From contig OX597815.1 in NCBI GenBank assembly GCA_951406725.2, positions 122,140,001 to 122,204,000 on the forward strand: a stretch of DNA of 64,000 nt, written 5' to 3'. Shown here one piece after another: positions 25,714-39,164 of the stretch. Both the position numbers and the translations under genes were made by a program. Origin of the DNA: Octopus vulgaris (Eukaryota). The notes under the pieces are model-generated. The model saw only the letters and a program-made list of their open reading frames with translations, was not told where the DNA came from and ran no database searches. Position 1 is the first letter of the stretch. Each line of letters starts with the position of its first letter.

Positions 25714-28445
25714 AGAAAGAATTTGGCTTGTATAAGGACGAGATCTTTTCAAGTAATCCATGTCTGTCGTGTCTGAAATGAATTGGATTATATGAGAGAA
25801 GGAGGGCTGTTGAGTGAAGTTCTAACTCAACAGGTAGGTCTTAGCAGTGGTTCCAATATAAATGTGGCTTCTAGGTTTTTTCTTCTTTTGCATCTAAAGC
25901 CCTCCGCCCTGAGTATGAACATTTATTTCTGATATCCTGAAGTTTATTCTGTTGGCAGCAAGTTATTAAAAATAAACTTTCAATTTACATTTATTTGTAC
26001 AGATAGAGCTCCACTATTGGCTTTTGTTTTTGTTGTTTGTTTTTATTTGAAGAAAGTTTTTCCTAAGTTCAGAATGGTTGTCGAAGCTGCTCATGCCACT
26101 GCTGCTGCTGCTGCTGCTGGTCCATCTCTACTAGCTGTGATGCTTTCTCTTGTGCTACCCACTGCTTCTAAGATATGAAAGATTGTATTCATGAAGGTGG
26201 GAGTTACCTCAGCAAGCACAAGTGGCATATACTATTTTTTCCAAGAATCATTGGTAATGTTCTGTAAACACCCACACATACACATACTAAGTTACTATTA
26301 CATAGCTACTCATATCATTAGTTAGTATATAAGCAGCAGCAGCAATGGTAGCATCTACAAGACCAGACCCAGGAATATTTATTTATAAACAGCTGATAGG
26401 TAGCTTGATTTTAAACTATATATTTTCTCAGTTCATCTTACCCTGTGTTGTCATAGCAACTGAGATAAAATTATCCTAGAAAGGCAGCACAATTTTGGCA
26501 GAAGTGCAAAAATAAAAGATAATACAGGTATTACATGAAATTTGACACTGAGTAAGTTATATACCACCTACCGTCTGGGGCTGCTACAGATAGTCCGTTT
26601 CTTTTCTTTCTTTTTCTTTTTCTTTCTTTCTAGAAAGAAGCAGCTATTTCCAAAGAAAGCTTTTTTACTTGGATACTATTTTTGTAGTTTTTAATGATAT
26701 TAGCAATCAATACCCTTCAAGCTAAATCAGTAGTCACTAACACCACACAAAGTAGTTAGTTTTAGAAAAAATATTTTTTAGCTGCTTCTTTGAAAATCTG
26801 TTATCAAATTATGATTCGTGTTTATTAGCAGTTGTAAATATTTTTCATTTTAATTTCTGACATGCTACCATCATTCTTGACATGATACTTAATATTTTGA
26901 ATTATCTAAACTTAGTTTAGTTCCACAAACGTCTTCATAAGTGATATATTATACATTCTCAAACTTTTGCACTGGAAATAAATAAGGTGGCTTGTTAAAA
27001 CTTAAAAGTTGCTGCCTGTGCTTCCATGTAAGTTGTAACTTAGTCTTTTTCACAAAAGAAGTTAACATATTTGAAAGGGATAAATAGTTACCATATTTTC
27101 TTCTACCATTTCTTCACTGCTTTAATATGCAAAAGATTATGATAGATAAGTTTTCGTATAAAGAGCCTGCAGGTGGCCCATTAACCAAAAGTTAAACAGT
27201 TTATAGCCATCCTATTTGCCATATTGCATTGTAGCCCTATCAAAGATATCTGATTCTCAATAGCCCGTTTTCCTTACCTGTACACAGGTACCATGCTAAG
27301 GTTTTGTTACTTACACAACATAATCAGAGTTAGTGGAATTGTTATAAAGTACATCATACAGATTTCAATGATAGGTAAAATATTACAAAAATATTACACA
27401 CCTGACTTTAATGAATATAGAAAGATTAAATACAGTGCAAAAATAGTAAGTTATACATTTGAGAAGTGTAATACTTAAGTGTGCAGTAAATGAAGATTAT
27501 CAGAATCTTGCTAGGGCTCTTAAAATCTGATGTGATTATTGAATAAAAAGAAAGCAAAAATGCCACTGGAATTTAAATGTTGTGAATCAGGCTTGTCTTA
27601 AGTGCAGTCAATGTGAAATAACATTTACAAATGTCACAGTTGATGGGAAAAGTGATCTGGAGACCTCCCCAGATCTGGCAATGTCAAAGAAAATGGTAAG
27701 ATAATATGTTAAAAAAACCCATTTTACTCTCTCTCTCTTATGTTCTATCTTTTATCATCAGACTGTGGCCATCTTGGAGTACTGCCTTGATGGTTTACCA
27801 CCCCCACTACTTGTATTTTTAAGTGGTACTTATTCTATCAGTCTCCTTTGCCAAACGACTTAGTTACAAGGATGTAAACAAACTAACATGGATTGCTAGT
27901 CAAGGAGTGGGGGCTCAAACACAAATATAAAGGTACACACATACATATGCATACATATATATGCATAGATATGGCAGGCTTCCACACAGTTTCCATCTAC
28001 CAAATTCCCTTACAAGGCATTGGTTGATCCAGGGTTATATTGGAAGACGTTAACCTGAAGTGCTCTGCAGTGAAACTGAATTCAAGACCATGTGGTTGCA
28101 AAGCAAGCTTCTCAATTGCACAGCCATGCCACCACTACATCATAGTATCACTGTATGGACCTACTTTCAGATGGTGTTATACACTGCTGGTCATAATATG
28201 CTTCACATCCTTTTAGCTTTCGAATGATGACACTCTGCTGGCTAAGCAGGCAGGCCAACATTTCCATCAGTCCATCACAAGAGCATCCATTTACAGCTGA
28301 GTGGACTGGAGCAATGTGAAATAAAATGTTTTGCTCAAAAACACAATGCACAGCCATTCTGGAAATTGAAACCCCAATCTTCCAATCGTAAGTGCAACAC
28401 CCTAACCACTATGTCATGTGCCTTCATCTGTACTACATAATGTAA

Positions 28446-28480
<35 letters not shown>

Positions 28481-29839
28481 CTTTATTTTAAAAGCATATT
28501 ACTCTACCACTGGTATTTGAGTACTCTTTTTTCCATCTTGTTTCACATTTATGTGTTTACTCCGGTATATATATATATATATATAAAAGAAAGATAATAT
28601 GATTGTGCATTCTATGCATTCACTTTGCATCTGTATTCCTGAAGACCATGATACCAATGATACCATGAATAGGACCAGGACTTGGAATAATGAAACTTCT
28701 TCAGACCATAACACAACCCTACTTTCTTACACAGTGCTTTGAAACCTGCTGAGATTTAGTTCCTCACCAGAGCAATTTCTCACATACATCTGGGCCACCA
28801 GTTCTGTGTTGGTTGAACTTAATTTAGTCTGTCCACTCCACTGGCAATTGAAATGACTGCTCTGTCAGTGATAGATCCATGAACATGTCCCAAAAAAAAG
28901 ACAAATGCCAAAGACAACAACTTATATAAAACAGAGTCTGAACATGTACAACAGATTTGAAGCTATCAGTGAATCTGCTTGTAGAGGATTTGACTAATTT
29001 GATTAAATCAGGGCATGGTTTCCATGGCTGGATGCCTTTTCTAATGCCAACCACTTTATAGAGTGTACTAGGTGCTTTTCTCATGGCAACAGCACAAGTG
29101 AATATTGCCTTGTAACTTGCAAGGCTAAGGGCCTAAATGGTCCCTATAACAGAGGAAGAACAAAAGAGAGAGTGAGTAATGATTCTAGGTTAAGTAAGAT
29201 GAGAGGAACAGATTTATTTAAGGTGTATAATGTAAAAAAGAACACGAGAAAAGGAAAAGGAAAGGTATCAGTGACAGGGGTCAAGAGTGGACAGAGAGGT
29301 TGTGTAGAAGGTGTCTAGGGAAAGGGAACAAATTTTAAAAACTTGCCCTGGGACTCTAAAATTATGTTACTGAATATTCTTCAGAATTGCTACAAGCACT
29401 AAATATCACTTTCCTTTACAAGATTCTTCTTCATCAAGAGAAATATAGCTAGTTGTTGATTTTTTGGGTGTATCATAAAAAAAAAAAAAAATTAAAAAGA
29501 ATATTGGGATCTATGGGGGAGGAAGGTGTTTATCTCATCTTACTCTTAAGAATTTTCATTCTGATCATTTTCTCATTTGAAATCCATTCTCTAACTAAAC
29601 AGAAGATTCTGTCATAACTGAACTAACTGTATGAAGATAAAGTTACATTGTTCTAAACAAATGCAGCTGTAAATAAAATGAAGACGTCACACATGAATAA
29701 CTTTTACCAGGCCACCAAATTATATGAAGTTGAAACGTCACACACACAAACACACACACACACAAAGACACAAACATGCACAATTGTTTATTCATGGCTA
29801 CAGTTGTAAAGTGAACTTCTAACCCCCATGCTTTGGGGT

Positions 29840-31560
29840 TCCATCATACTGTAGAATATCTTGAGCAAATGTCTTCTACTGTAACCTCAGTGTGATAAAT
29901 GCCTTGAGAGCGAAATTCTTTAGAGGGGTTGGGATGCGATAATGTTTCTTGATGTGTGCACTGATGGGTTTTTTTGTTGTTGAAGAAGACAAGGTTGGCA
30001 TGATGCCACTGGAGGATGTTTTCAAGGTCTATGTTCAAGGAGTTAGTGCAGGTGTAGCATGAGGTATATTGGTTGTATGTGTATGAAGCTTAACTATGGA
30101 AGGTTAGAGAGGAATAAAGGGTGGTGTCATCTGTGTAGGAGTGAACCCTGTTGGAGGTGATAGCAAGTAATTGTTTATGTATAGAAGAAAAAGTGTGACG
30201 GCCAAAATAAAACCCCAGTGCACACCATAATTGGCAGAGGGAAGGTTGCAGAATGTGCTATCAGCACACACTGTAAGTATGTGACCTGAGAAGAATACAT
30301 TGAACCAAGAGATGAGGCATGAATAAAGCTGATAGGCAGGCAGTTATTTCAAATATTCATGTACCAGATATTGATGAAAGCATTGCTGATATCACGAGCA
30401 ACAATACCAGACATAGATGAAAGCTTTGCTGATATTGAGAGCAATAACACTACTTTTATCAAAAAGTGCAGCAGCCTCCGGTGAGTAATATAGGGCAATA
30501 AGTTTCAAGTAATTATGAAAAACATTAATTGTAGTTATTTAGGAGGAGAGAAATTCAAGCTGTTACAGGGTTTTTGCTAATGGCTGCCTCCATCTTTGAG
30601 ATGTTTTCAATGAGTGTAATAAGACAGTAGTTGGCAGAGTCAGAGAAATTTTACTTCCAGGGAATGGAACAAGTGGTAGATTGTTACTAAAGATCACAGA
30701 GAATAACTGAAGAAGCATCATCAGGGCTAGTAGCCTTTTTGATTTGAAGTGACCAGAGTTACTTTTGTACTTGGCATGTATGTGTGTTTGGTGGTGAGCT
30801 TAGTGGAATGGAATAGAAAGGGAAAGCTTTGAAGGATAATTATTTCACATGTACAGTGTTGTTTTGGATGCAAAGTTAAGATTGAAGCTGGAGATTTTCT
30901 CCACAAGAGTGCTGCTCACAAAACCATCATCATTAAGAAGTGGGAGGAAAAAAATTCCACAAAGTTGATAGTGATGTTCTTGACAAGTGACCAGAAGGTT
31001 GCAGTTTAATAAGTGTGAGAGCTTATGATTGTTCAATATATGGAAGCATTCAGTAGAGCACCTCATCTACACATCAGAATAGGCGGGCGTCAGTGTTAAG
31101 GAGTGTTGTGAGTGCTGAAGTCATTGATAATGGTGACTTTGGAGTGGAGCAGGGTGAGATAGATATCACCAATGCAAGAAGGGATAAGAGATGATTTTGG
31201 TTTGAGGAGTTTGGAGAGTGGTAGAGAGAGCAAAATTATTTGAAGGCGTAGAAAAGGGAGACTTTGAAACAAAGTAACTGGAAGTTTATAGCTAACATCA
31301 GAGGAAGGAGAGAGTAAAATTTACAAATGTGCTGACACCAACTTTTGACATGAAGTTTGAGTAAAGCGTTCAATGTAGAGAGCAGAGATGGACTACAGAT
31401 AGGAGTTGACTATAGATAGAGATTTGTATCATAGGCAGGAATAGGATGTGTGGTTTGTGTGTTTGTAAGAGGTGATGATGTATGAGATGTAAGCTGGATC
31501 AGAGTCCCAGTGGAAGAAAAATATTCTGCTGGGTTTAGTTTTACCTTCTGAGATTTAGGG
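29840..31560 (-). mobile_element. Heavily degraded LINE (RT and endonuclease remnants)
   Basis: Minus-strand remnants resembling HSY(A)DDT (about 30125-30143) and GVPQGS(V)L (about 30205-30226); many stops. Confidence 0.55.
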
Positions 31561-33222
31561 AAGTATAGGAGCTGTTGCTATGTCATGATGCCATAGTAAC
31601 CATTTGTCTAGTTTAAATGCTTGCAACAGTGTAAATTCTAGTGAAAGAACTTCATATAACCATCTGGCGATTTTAAAGTGGGTGGTGTGATGAGTCTAAT
31701 CACCCCCATCCACACAAACGGTTGGGTAGGATTCTATGCCATATACAACAGGACTACATATTTATGCACAAACAGATGTAGGACCATAATGTAAGTAAAC
31801 CCTCAGATACACACAGCTAGTCAAATCTACACACACATGCCAGAATGGAAAACAATGATGATGAGGTGGATGGTGAGTGCATGCTGACATGGGGTTACAC
31901 TCAATTGGTTCTTGATGAATTACCAAAGTTAAACAGACAGAATCAGCATTAAAAAAATCTGTTTATCTTTTAATAAATTATAATATTGATAAACAAAAGA
32001 AATGATAATGTTGCCAGATTTATTTACTCTTTACATCTGTTTACTTTGTAGAAGTTTTGCCAGGGATGAGATTTTGAATACTGGTGGTATAATGTTCTTT
32101 CATTGCTCGAATAACATGCAAATGTTTGAAAATTCTGAAATTTCCTCTTAAGGCAAACAACTTCAGTGACATTTAAAAGTATATAATCTGCCTATATCTA
32201 TGCTAATTAAAGCAAGTAGAATTAAATTTCTTGTTGAGAGGTACAACACAAAAACCATAGATTCAGTTCTATCATATTCTACATGTTTATGGAAGAACAT
32301 ATAATGATTAAGCTTTGTAAAGAGATTAAACATAAAACCTCAAAGAAAATACTTTGATAGGAGCAGGCATGGCAGCGTGATTAAGCAGCTCACTTTGCAA
32401 CCATGTGATTTTAGGTTCAATCCAACCTTTGACAAGTGTCTTCTACTGTAACATCAGGCCAAACTTAGAAAGCCTATTCTTGTCAAACTCATTTATCCTT
32501 TGTCTACACATTGATTAAACACACACATACACACACACAAACACACACACACACACACATACACACTTATACATACACAAAGAGAGATTCCAAACACTGA
32601 GCAGGTGCCTAAACATCTTAACTGATCATTCCTAAACATTCTTTTTCCAACCTCTAGACCCATGCAAACAAATTTAAAGCTTTTTGAATTCCTGACGTTT
32701 TTCAATGAACAGCTGATATCTTTCACTCACATGTTTAAACGATAGGCTCGATAGGCTCGTTATTTCAGAGCTTTTAAAAAATTCCAGTCAGAATGAAATA
32801 GTACAACTAATAATTGTTTCTAATTTTGGCACAAGGCCATCAATTTTAGGGGTGGAATAAGCTGATTTCATCACCTCTGTACATGACTGGTACTTAGTTT
32901 ATCAACCCTGAAAGGGATGAAAGGCGAAGTTGAACTTGATGGAATTTGAATTCAGAACGTAAAGCAGGAAGAAATGTCATTTAACCTTTTGTCCAGAATT
33001 TTAATGATTCAGCTTGTTCACTACCTTTCAAGAGTATAAGTTGTAAAAAAAAATGGATTTCTCCTACTTCTAACTACTTTTTTCTTTTATTGATACATAC
33101 AATATACGCACAACTGCTGACATGCTATACATACATACACACATATATACATAATATATACATGCATACATAACACGTACATATACATATATAAGTACAC
33201 ACACACACACACATATAAGTAC

Positions 33223-33280
<58 letters not shown>

Positions 33281-34083
33281 AAGCACCAGTTATGTTGGAC
33301 TAGATACCTTATTAGAATGAAGGCTAGTAGGATGCCTAAGTAGATGCTATATGGGGAACTTGTGAATGGAAAGAGACCCCAGCAGAAACCAAGGCAGTGA
33401 TATGTGTTCAATATATATACACACAGACACATACTATATACATATACAAGCACACACATACATATGATGGGCTTCCATGCAGTTTCCATTTCCCAAATTC
33501 ACTCACTTAGTATTCGATGACCTGTGGCTATAGTAAGAAGACATTTGTCAAAAGTGTCGCCCAGTGGAACTGAACGTGCAACTATATGGTTGCAAAGCAA
33601 ACTTCTTAATGACACTGCCATGTCTGGAAATAAATTCTTCATATTTTATTCTAATGAATATCTCTTCAACATTTCCTTACATTTTTATGTGTAATCAAAC
33701 TTAATAAAAAATCAAGCAGTTCACATCATGTGAGGTGACTAAATGGCAAAGTCATTAAAGCATCAACACAATGCTTCACAGCATTTATTCCAACTCTCTG
33801 TGCTCTGAGTTCAAATCCTACTGAGATCAACTTTGTCTTTTATATTTTCAAGGTGAATTGAAAAAAAAAATTAGCAATTTAAAGCAGTGGATTGGTGGAA
33901 CAATATGAAGAACAGACTAATTTTTGAAGTATTTATTCAGTTCTCTCTCTTTTTTGCATTCGGAGTTCAAATCTTACCATGCTCTACATGCATTGTAGAC
34001 TTAACCCATCACCCAGTTTAACTCCATCACCTAACATCTTGGTGGCTCAATAACAAATCATAGATACTATCTTCTCCCCCAAC

Positions 34084-34311
34084 TTAAAACTTTAGCATTT
34101 AAACTGGCCATATTTGGCCAAAATATTCCACCTGTTTTATGTCCAAGCTAACCAGATTCAGACTCTCACACCTGCCCTACCATGTCAATCTAAAATATAA
34201 ACAGTTACATCAGAAATCTCAAAGCTACAAGATAATGCATGATTAATTCAAAACAATGTAAATATCTTAAGTATTACATTTGACTGAGTAATCTGAATGC
34301 TATAAGGTTAA
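34084..34311. mobile_element. TTAA-flanked (piggyBac-type) MITE
   Basis: ttaaaactttagcatt ... aatgctataaggttaa; second copy at 35593-35800 ends aatgctaaagggttaa. Confidence 0.6.
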
Positions 34312-34933
34312 AGAGAAAATAAAGTACTTATGCTAATCTTTTATCTTTTATTTGTTTCAGTCATTGGACTGCAGCCATGCTGGGGCACCAAACTGAGATT
34401 TAGAGAAACAAATCATCCCCAGTATTTATTTCTTTATCTGATACTTATTCTATTGGTCTCTGTTGCCAAACCACTAAGTTAGAAGAATGTAAACAAATCA
34501 ACACCAGCTGTCAAGCAGAGTGGGGAAGACAAATACAAACACAAACACGCACATACATGCATACATACATACATACATACATACATACATACATACATAC
34601 ATACATACATACATAATTCAAAAACTACAGATCCAATCCATCCCTGGAACAGTAAAAATTTGTAAAACTTGCCACCAATTTATCATTTAATTATATATGC
34701 GCATGTCTAGGTATGCAACTATATGCATGAGAATACAGACATAAAGCAAAACAGACAAATCTGAACATATGCATGCACACATGCGTACAAACAAAAATAT
34801 CCTGTTGTTGAGGTTGAAATTCCAATGAAAAAGCCTTGAATCTAGGTTAGAAACCGGCTCTTTCTCTATTGGCAAGAAATCTTGAAATAAAACTGAACAA
34901 TGACATACATACATACATACATACATACATACA

Positions 34934-34964
<31 letters not shown>

Positions 34965-35210
34965 GAATACAATGGGCTTCCTCACAGTTTCCATTTACCA
35001 AATTCACTCACAAGACATTGTTTGGCCCAGGGCTATAGTAGAAGATACTTGCTCCAGATGCTACACAATGGGACTGAACTGAAAACCATGTGATTGCAAA
35101 GTGTACTTCTTAACCATACCGCCATGCCCACACCTACAGAATATTCTTTTCAGAAGCAACAAGAGTATTATTGAGTCTAACAGAAGTGTTTCATGCAATC
35201 CTTCCATGGC

Positions 35211-35800
35211 TTAACCCTTTTTTTACCATATTTCTGTTGAAACACTGCCTTTCATCATCATCATCATCATCATCCTCATCATCATCATCATCCTCATCAT
35301 CATCATCATCATCATCATTTAACATCTGCTTTCCATGCTAGCATGGGCTGGACGGTTTAACTGAGAACTGGTGAGCAGAGAAGCTGCACCAGGCTCCAAT
35401 CTGATGCCTTTGTTTCAATTAATTTTTAAAATCATTAAAAATTTAGTAAAATAACTTTGGCCATAATTAAGCTAGTGTTTGGAACATAAATTAACATGAA
35501 ATTTTGATGGAAGGTTTTAATTTAGATCACTTTGACATGTTGCCTGTGTCATAGAACCAGGGGTGGTATCAGGCAAGTTGGAATCAAAGGGGTTAAACAT
35601 TAAGCATTTAAACCAGTTGTATCCAATCAAAATCTTCAACTAAATATCCTGGTATCTCACATCTATTCTACAATGTCATTATAAAAATGAACAATCGCAA
35701 CATTGAAATCTTCAAGCTATGAGATGATGCATGATTAATTCAAAACAATGTGAATAAATAAGCATTACATCTAACAGTAACTTGAATGCTAAAGGGTTAA
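35211..35800. mobile_element. Two adjacent piggyBac-type MITEs sharing the TTAA at 35593-35596; the first is interrupted by a SINE tail
   Basis: TTAA-cccttt ... aaaggg(g)-TTAA, then ...aaaggg-TTAA; SINE stub at about 35253-35405. Confidence 0.6.
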
Positions 35801-37589
35801 GATGTAGAAGACCAATAAATATCCAGGAATGATTGAATAAATAATTCTAGAACTTCAAAGCCCCAGGAAAAAAAAGTACCGCATCAAATATTATATGAAT
35901 CTTCAGCATTGGAGTTAAAGCAGGAAATAAACTGAAGATGATGGAGAGATCATGCTGTAAGATATCAACCTTTCCCGCTTTATTTTCCAATGATCTCTCC
36001 TGTTTGAGCCTCCAGGTATCTCTCCCTCTCCACTGAGCTACATTTTAGGTCTGCCATACCTCATCTATAACAGCCTCTCATACCTGCTATCATTCTCAAT
36101 GTACTCTCATATTTACTGTTGACAACTCTGCCACCACCACCACTCATTATAGCCACCATTGTATTAATTATTATCTCTGATGTTTGTGTAATGTTAATGA
36201 GCGTGACCAATGAGACAAAAATGAAGCAAGAGAAAATCTTGGTATAAGAAAAAAATGGATGTTGTGTGCAAGAGACCACTGTGGTGGTAAGGACATGTAA
36301 TGTGTATATGGATGATAGTAGTAGTTCCAAGAGATTCGAGTAGAAGAAAACTGTGGAAGAGGAAGACCAAGGAAGACATGAGCAGAAGTATTGATAAAGG
36401 CCATTGATCTGAGTGTTGTATCATACAAAAAAAAAAGATGACAAAATAGAGAGTATCTATCCAACACATGTAAGCATGGATAAACAGATGTAAAAAATGA
36501 CAATAACAATGACAACAACAATGGTGATGATGATGATGATGACTTTGGGGTGGAGATGTAGTGAAAGAAATTTGGATAGCAAACAATTAGGATATACAGT
36601 TACGTGCTTTCTCGTTTAGATTTAATACTGCAACGTTAAATATTTTAATGAAAATAGAAACTATGCCAGGAGTAAAATGTCTGAGGATATTAGATGAGTG
36701 TTCTATAAAGATTGTTTAACTTGTTATGTTTAGATGCAAGAGGATTCATGGTTGGATAGATGAAGAGATTTTCAGCAGTGTGCAGTGTTAGAGGAATTTG
36801 TTGGTTATACGAACACTAGAATTGATTTCAAAGAGAAAATCATATGTGTTTTTCTGCTGCAATGCTGTGTTGTTGAGTGGTGAGTAGGAAGATCTACTTA
36901 AGCTAATGTAGGTGCATTCAGACAGAGATCAGAATACATAGATACACTTTTTAAAGCAGATAAATTTGCTGATTGTGTTTATGCTAAAATCATTGTTGTT
37001 TTTCTTTTTTTGCTTTCTTGGTCATATTTTTGCACAGAAAATGGGATATAGATATATAACAAAAATAATAATAATAAAACCTACTTGATTTTTGTTATTT
37101 AGCTTCATATAAGAGCTTATCTTCTTATGATCAAAGTATTTCAACCATAATCTTCCTGTCATTTTACTACAAAATGTCTAAAAGTGTATCAACTACTAAA
37201 AGTGAGTGATCTGCTTTGAGCAGCATTTTTAGGTTTACATTTCAAATATGTATTTTATTCTGTATTTGATAGAGGTTGGGGATGTGGCAAACTCAAAGAC
37301 TATGCCTGGTGGCACTAGCTTGTCTAGCTACATCACTCTCACATTTTCCAATGTGTTCTTCCTTTTTCAAGATGGTAGGATGTGATTTGAGGGTTATTTG
37401 GCTGTTATTTTCTAGTATGGGAAATGACTCCTCAGTAGCTCAACATCTTGCTTTGTTTCAGAGGAATATGGTATCTCATTTTATCTATAACCTTTTTTTC
37501 TTGTCTTTTACCTGTTTCTATCATTAGATTGTGGCCATGCTGGGGCACCAACTTAGTCAAATAAATCAAACCCAGTAATTTTGTTTTTT

Positions 37590-38720
37590 CAAATGTGATT
37601 TTTTTCAAGTGTTGAAAACATTCTGTGATTTGTTCTGGATCTCAACAATTGTGCTAAAACAGCAACCCCTGAGCTGCATTTTCAGCTTGGGGAAGAGATG
37701 GAAATCCACAGGTGCTAAATCTGGTGAATAGGGCAGCTGTGGAAGCGATACCATGTTGTCTTTGGCAAGAAACTCATGAGTGAAGAGAGCTCATGACAAG
37801 GTGCAGTGTTGTCATGAAGAATCCAATTCTTCATGCTCCCCAGATCCGGTTACTTTTGCTGAATGTCTTCCATCAAATGCATCAAAACGTCACAGTAAAA
37901 TTCTTGATTGACAGTCTGGCCCTGGGGGATGAATTCTCGATGCACAATACTGCAGATTTCACAAAGAACAATAAGCATGCTCTTGATTGAGCTGTGGCTC
38001 TGTCATGCTTTCTTCAATCATGAAGATGAAAGCCTCTTCCATTGTGATGACTGCTGCTTCATCTCAGGGTTGTGCCTGTGGACCCAACTCTTCTCACTGT
38101 AGATGATCCTCAACATGAAGGAAGAGTCATCAGCAACACTCTGATGGAGATCTTGACAGACTCCATTGCAATGTTCTTTTTGCTCATTGGTCTGCAGGTG
38201 GGGGACAAACTTGGCATAGACACGCCACATTCAGACGTTAGGATTACCTCCAAGGACCCATATGGTGGACTAGCAACATTATCAATGTCGTTGATTGTCC
38301 TCCAATGATCCTTATGTACAAGCTGATGGATTTTCACCACATTTCCAGGGATGACACTCAAGACAGGTCTTCCAGATTATTCATCATCTTCCAGGGATGT
38401 TTTTCTGCTTTTGTAGAGTCCATGCCACTAAAAACATTGTGTATGGCCCATTGCCTTGTTGCCATAAGCTTACCAAAGCATGCTCAATGTCTCTGTAGCA
38501 GATTTTCCAAGTTTACTAGAAAATTTCATGTCAGCTCTTTGTTCCAACTTCCTGTCTATGATAAAAAATTGCAGACTACAGCATACATGTGATCACAAAA
38601 ACACAAATTTCACAACTTGTGAAGTAAACACAGTGAAGTCACCCAGCACACTGACTCATGAAGATCTCTACTAGCTCTCACTGCACACAACTGTGTGTTG
38701 CCATCTGTTGGCATACGATG
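37590..38720 (-). mobile_element. Mariner transposase pseudogene
   Basis: Minus-strand motifs AKFVPHLQTNEQKEH, SEKSWVHRHNPEMKQQSSQWK, WILHDN and PYSPDLAP (about 37711-37734), with frameshifts and stops. Confidence 0.88.
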
Positions 38721-38899
38721 GAACTATTCTACTCTTTTGCTCTTTTACACATTTCAGTCATTTGACTCTGGCCATGTTGGAGACTTATTCTTTGTAAGCC
38801 TAGTACTTATTCTATTGGTTTCTTTTGCTGAACTGCTAGGGACATAAACACACCAACATCAGTTGTCAAGTGATGTTAGGGAGACAAAGACATACACAC

Positions 38900-38941
<42 letters not shown>

Positions 38942-39120
38942 GTGTGTGTGTGACAGGCTTCTTTCAGTTTTCATCTACCAAATCCACTCACAAGGCATTA
39001 GTCAGCCTGAGGCTGTAACAGAAGACACTTGCCCAAGGTACCACGCAGTGGGACTGAACCCAGAACCATGTGGTTGAGAAGCAAGCTTTTTGCCACACAT
39101 CACCTCACACACACACACAC

Positions 39121-39163
<43 letters not shown>

Positions 39164-39164
39164 G

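Noticed and set aside
24998-25735. 245-aa plus-strand Leu-rich ORF (LLLYLLVSSR)n
   Set aside because: Antisense shadow of the coding repeat; no splice or domain support.
25772-25774. Acceptor at 25772 as the partner of exon A
   Set aside because: It is phase 1 while exon A ends in phase 2, so the join would shift the frame. Kept only as a possible alternative-isoform site.
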